A DNA stretch of 52,690 bases from Nitrospirae bacterium CG2_30_53_67 (GTDB lineage: Bacteria > CG2-30-53-67), in contig MNYV01000017.1 in assembly GCA_001873285.1 (NCBI GenBank), positions 1 to 52,690 on the forward strand, read 5' to 3'. Each line of letters starts with the position of its first letter. Positions within the stretch are counted from its first letter, which is position 1. A model generated the notes under the pieces. That model made no database searches and was not told where the DNA came from. It saw nothing but the letters and a program-made list of their open reading frames with translations. Both the position numbers and the translations under genes were made by a program. Of this stretch, positions 49,589 to 52,690 are shown piece after piece.

Positions 49589-50784
49589 CAGGATGCCGCT
49601 TCCAGGGGGATCGTGACTTCCCGGGTCAGATCCTCAATGAGATCCTTGACATGGACCAGTTTTTTAATACGCCACCCGTTACTCCCGGAGAAGAACAGCC
49701 CGGTATCCACCTTCCCCCATACGGCATCGCCTAATCTATCGGCAATGCAAAAGCCCACCTGTTTGGACTTTTCCCCGTGGTTGCAGACCGAGATGCAGTT
49801 GGAGATGCACTGGATTTTTGGAGAGGAGCCTTGCTTGATGGCATGGTGGAGAGGGGTGAGGATGCCTCTTGCAGGATACCCTACCGGGGATTTCATCAGG
49901 AAAATATCCTGCTTCCTTGAATTTACGATGACCTGTTTGAATTCATCCGGCGCGTCGCACTCGTAGGTTCCGATGAACCGGGTGGCCATCTGAACACCGG
50001 CGGCCCCCTTCGAGATGAACTTTTCGATATCCGCCCTATCCCAGATCCCGCCCGCAGGGATGACCGGGAAGTCGCCCCATTTCCTGGCCTCGTCCAGGAC
50101 CTTGGGAAAGATATTTTCTAAAGCGTATTCAGGATCTTCACACTGCTCAAACGTATATCCCTGGTGTCCGCCGGACTTGGGTCCTTCCATGACCACCGCA
50201 TCGGGAAGGCGGTTGTAGCGGCGGAGCCAGCTTTTGCAGATGATGCCGAGAACCCGTGCCGATGAGACAATGGGAATGAGGGCGATATCCGCATCGCCCG
50301 CATATTCGGGAAGACGCAACGGGATTCCTGCGCCGGAGATGATCAGATCGGCCCCCGCATCTATCGCATCCCTGACCACCCTTCCGTAATCCGTGATGCA
50401 GTACAGGATATTCACCCCGACCGCTCCGTTCCCCTCGGCGATCTCCTTGGCTCGTTTGACAATCCGGATCAGGGATTCGCGATGGTGCAGATTGGCCGGG
50501 CTCAACGGCCGCCCCTGGAAAGTCTTCACAAAGTCGGGATACCGATAACCGGTGCAGACCCCTGAGACGATCCCGATGCACCCGTTTTTAGCCACGTTTC
50601 CAGCGAGGTTATCCCAGGATATGCCGACCCCCATCCCTCCCTGGATAATCGGACGGGGCACATGGATATTTTTGATTTTCAACGATGGAAGCTTCAATAA
50701 TGCTCCTGCTTTAAAACATTGATCCTGCAGGTGGGGATGATTGGATACAAATGCGCCTTCTTTTAATTTAAGTTCTTCTCCCAT
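49585..50784 (-). CDS. NAD(P)H-dependent flavin oxidoreductase (nitronate monooxygenase / FabK-like TIM-barrel family), start doubtful
   Basis: 399 aa with PIIQGGMGVGIS and a Cys-rich C-terminal stretch (CISNCISVCNHG...GFC). About 45 aa precede the first conserved motif. The annotated ATG lies inside family-A repeat copy 4. Confidence 0.8.
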   Translation of the reverse strand: MGEELKLKEGAFVSNHPHLQDQCFKAGALLKLPSLKIKNIHVPRPIIQGGMGVGISWDNLAGNVAKNGCIGIVSGVCTGYRYPDFVKTFQGRPLSPANLHHRESLIRIVKRAKEIAEGNGAVGVNILYCITDYGRVVRDAIDAGADLIISGAGIPLRLPEYAGDADIALIPIVSSARVLGIICKSWLRRYNRLPDAVVMEGPKSGGHQGYTFEQCEDPEYALENIFPKVLDEARKWGDFPVIPAGGIWDRADIEKFISKGAAGVQMATRFIGTYECDAPDEFKQVIVNSRKQDIFLMKSPVGYPARGILTPLHHAIKQGSSPKIQCISNCISVCNHGEKSKQVGFCIADRLGDAVWGKVDTGLFFSGSNGWRIKKLVHVKDLIEDLTREVTIPLEAASC

Positions 50785-51125
50785 ATAGAGGGTAAGAAGG
50801 GTTCGAGGATTCCAGGGTTACGCTTCGCGTGCACCGCTTTTCTCTATCCTTGCCGTCTGCGACGGCTACTACACTGAGGTATCTTGGGGTCAAGGGGTCA
50901 AGTGTTTGTTTTTCAGTGATTTGATCAGAGCCTTGAGCATTCGCTCAACCTCCTCGATATCACTATCTTTTTCAGGAAATTTTTTTGCTATTTTGTAAAT
51001 CTCCAAGCATAATTGATAAGACTTCTGCCAAACCGTTAACTACCCTGTAGTATTTGATCGCTTCACTTGACCCCTGGAATCCTTGACCCCTTGACCCCTG
51101 ATGTTTTCACCCGTTCTTTTGGAGA
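50771..51125 (-). repeat. Family-A composite inverted-repeat element, copy 4 (inverted orientation)
   Basis: The reverse complement reads CATCTCCAAAAGAACGGGTGAAAACATCAGGGGTCAAGGGGTCAAGGATTCCAGGGGTCAAGTGAAG ... GGAATCCTCGAACCCTTCTTACCCTCTATATGGGAGAAGAACT. Confidence 0.85.
50890..51039 (-). pseudogene. Internally deleted remnant of a four-helix-bundle (23S rRNA IVS protein / Avd-like) gene
   Basis: Minus-strand translation is (L)TVWQKSYQLCLEIYKIAKKFPEKDSDIEEVERMLKALIKSLKNKHLTP*. The first helix joins directly to the last helix. A stop lies immediately upstream and there is no start codon. Confidence 0.65.
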
Positions 51126-51274
51126 TGATTTTTAATTCGGAAATGCACAATAGCATAATTCATCGCCGTTTCAAAGGAAAAAATCAACGTGAGGCGGAGA
51201 CATTTATGGACAGGGAGTTGAAGGAACAGGCAGGGTGGTTCAGGGACTGAGAAAGACCTTGAATTAAAGGGATA

Positions 51275-51610
51275 TTACCTGGGCTGGCCCGCCCCGGCCA
51301 AGGCCCGGATGAAGGCGTCCACGACCGATGGATCGAACTGTCTCCCCTTGTTCCGGATAAGTTCTTCAACGGCTTCCTTGTCTCCTCTGCCTTTGCGGTG
51401 CGACCTGTCATGGCACATGGCCACATAGGCATCGGCAACGGCGATGATCCGGGCTCCGATGGGGATCCTCTCCCCGCGGATCCTGGAGGGATATCCCGAA
51501 CCGTTAAACCACTCGTGGTGGTGCAGGATGATCAGCCGCTCCCGGTCGAGGAAGCTGACGTGCTGAAGCATGGTCACGCCGATAGCAGGATGTTTCCGGA
51601 TGCATTCCAC
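51275..51610 (-). pseudogene. N-terminally truncated HD-GYP domain gene (c-di-GMP phosphodiesterase family)
   Basis: The 111-aa ORF (GTG start) holds only the distal half of the domain (HHEWFNGSGYP, RIIAVADAYVAM). The HD metal-binding motif is absent, and an in-frame stop lies 3 codons upstream. Confidence 0.65.
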
Positions 51611-51790
51611 GATGATTTGCTATCCATTTAGTCTTTTAGTATCTTTATTTATTTTATCTATCGGATAAAATGGGCCAGAACTTGAGCAGGTCTGGAAAAA
51701 TCAGGTCAGCCGCCCTGGCCCCGGATTTTTACCTGGATTCTTACAGGAATGGCTTGGCGGGAAGGATGACATGGGGTATACTCCCCGCAG

Positions 51791-52639
51791 ATGAGAAAAT
51801 TCTTATTTTTCAACTGGATATTACTGGTTGTCATGGGATGCAGCGTGCCGATTGAGAGCGGATTCATCTACTTCCCGGATGCTCATGTGGCCGGCACGCC
51901 CTCGGATGTGGGGCTTGCCTATGAGGAGGTCTTTATCCGGACCGGAGACGGGGTCAGGATTTGCGCCTGGTATGTTCCCTGTGAAGGGGCGGAAGCGACC
52001 CTGCTCTGGTTTCACGGAAATGCCGGGAACATCGGGGACCGTGTGGAACTGCTCAAAATTTACCATGATGCGTGGCGGGTCAATCAGATGATCGTGGACT
52101 ACCGGGGGTATGGGAAGAGTGGCGGGAAGGTCTCTGAACAGGGGACCTATGAAGATGCCCGTTCAGCCCTCCGCTATCTTGCCTCGGACAAGGGGGTCTC
52201 GCCTATGGCGTTGATCCTCTTCGGGGAATCCCTCGGGTCAGCCGTGGCCGTTCAGATGGCCATGGAGTCTCCCTGCGCAGGCCTGATTCTGGAATCGCCC
52301 TTTACCTCGGTCCGCGACATGGCGGAGGTCCACTATCCCGTTCTGGGCCGTCTTATCCCCTTCCGCATCCGCTACGATTCCATCGGAAAGATCGGCAAGG
52401 TTCATGTTCCCCTGTTGATTCTCCACGGGGACCGGGATGACATCGTTCCCTATAAACTGGGAAAGAGGCTTTTTGATGCAGCCAATGAACCCAAGACCTT
52501 TTTCACGGTCCGGGATGCCGGACACAACGATATCCTGGTCTGGGTGAAGGAGTCCTTCCATGAGACGGTGAGAAAATTTATTCATGACTCGCTTAGTGGT
52601 CCTGTTCGTAAATATGGTGACGTACCGAGAGGGTCGTAG
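51791..52639 (+). CDS. Alpha/beta hydrolase (S33/BAAT-like) with a C-terminus and stop codon supplied by a family-B element
   Basis: 282 aa. N-terminal TM/signal segment, nucleophile elbow GESLGSA, acid HGDRDDIVP, and His in DAGHND. The last 16 codons (LSGPVRKYGDVPRGS*) lie inside repeat B3. Confidence 0.85.
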   Translation: MRKFLFFNWILLVVMGCSVPIESGFIYFPDAHVAGTPSDVGLAYEEVFIRTGDGVRICAWYVPCEGAEATLLWFHGNAGNIGDRVELLKIYHDAWRVNQMIVDYRGYGKSGGKVSEQGTYEDARSALRYLASDKGVSPMALILFGESLGSAVAVQMAMESPCAGLILESPFTSVRDMAEVHYPVLGRLIPFRIRYDSIGKIGKVHVPLLILHGDRDDIVPYKLGKRLFDAANEPKTFFTVRDAGHNDILVWVKESFHETVRKFIHDSLSGPVRKYGDVPRGS

Positions 52640-52690
52640 GGTGGTCTCATCAAGGCGCGCGACTGAGGCGTACCCCTCTGGTACACTGTA
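52592..52690 (+). mobile_element. Family-B MITE-like element, copy B3 (cut by the window end)
   Basis: CTTAG + TGGTCCTGTTCGTAAATATGGTGACGTACCGAGAGGGTCGTAGGG...CGACTGAGGCGTACCCCTCTGGTACAC, collinear with B1 and B2. Confidence 0.85.

Overview
The window reads as a chromosomal core region of a moderately GC-rich Gram-negative bacterium. Gene content and repeat style suggest Desulfobacterota/Deltaproteobacteria, but that is a low-confidence inference. Most of it is housekeeping. This includes pgk-tpiA and a separate gap, secG, and a complete tol-pal cluster (thioesterase-tolQRAB-pal-cpoB). It also includes purA, a serA/class-V aminotransferase pair, groES-groEL with a perfect CIRCE operator, acpS and a GDP-mannose pyrophosphorylase. 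Also present are a polyprenyl synthase, ApbE, RNase G next to a large radical-SAM fusion protein, two sigma54-type two-component pairs, an ECF sigma/anti-sigma pair, and six tRNA genes (a five-gene cluster plus tRNA-Ala).

I found no rRNA, CRISPR array, intact IS/transposase, prophage genes or recognisable defence system.

Four things stand out:
1. A three-gene module at 36417-39263, my best candidate for an undescribed system, though it rests on motif reading only. It consists of a ParA ATPase fused to a CBM48/AMPK-beta-type glycan-binding domain, a MinD-like protein with a destroyed Walker A and a ParB-like N-terminal peptide, and a degenerate nuclease-fold protein.
2. Two unrelated families of non-coding inverted-repeat elements in intergenic DNA.
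   - Family A has 4 copies. It is a mosaic, rRNA-IVS-like element that carries remnants of a four-helix-bundle (Avd / 23S-IVS protein) gene.
   - Family B has 3 copies. It is a ~170-nt long-hairpin MITE with CTWAG/TWA target-site duplications. One copy lies next to a broken tRNA-like gene and one supplies the C-terminus and stop codon of a hydrolase.
3. A single-ring ClpA/C-D2-type AAA+ protein with a ClpP-docking VGF loop, transcribed divergently from groESL.
4. A perfect palindrome made of two consensus DnaA boxes.

All calls come from reading the supplied ORF translations and the DNA by eye. No searches were run.
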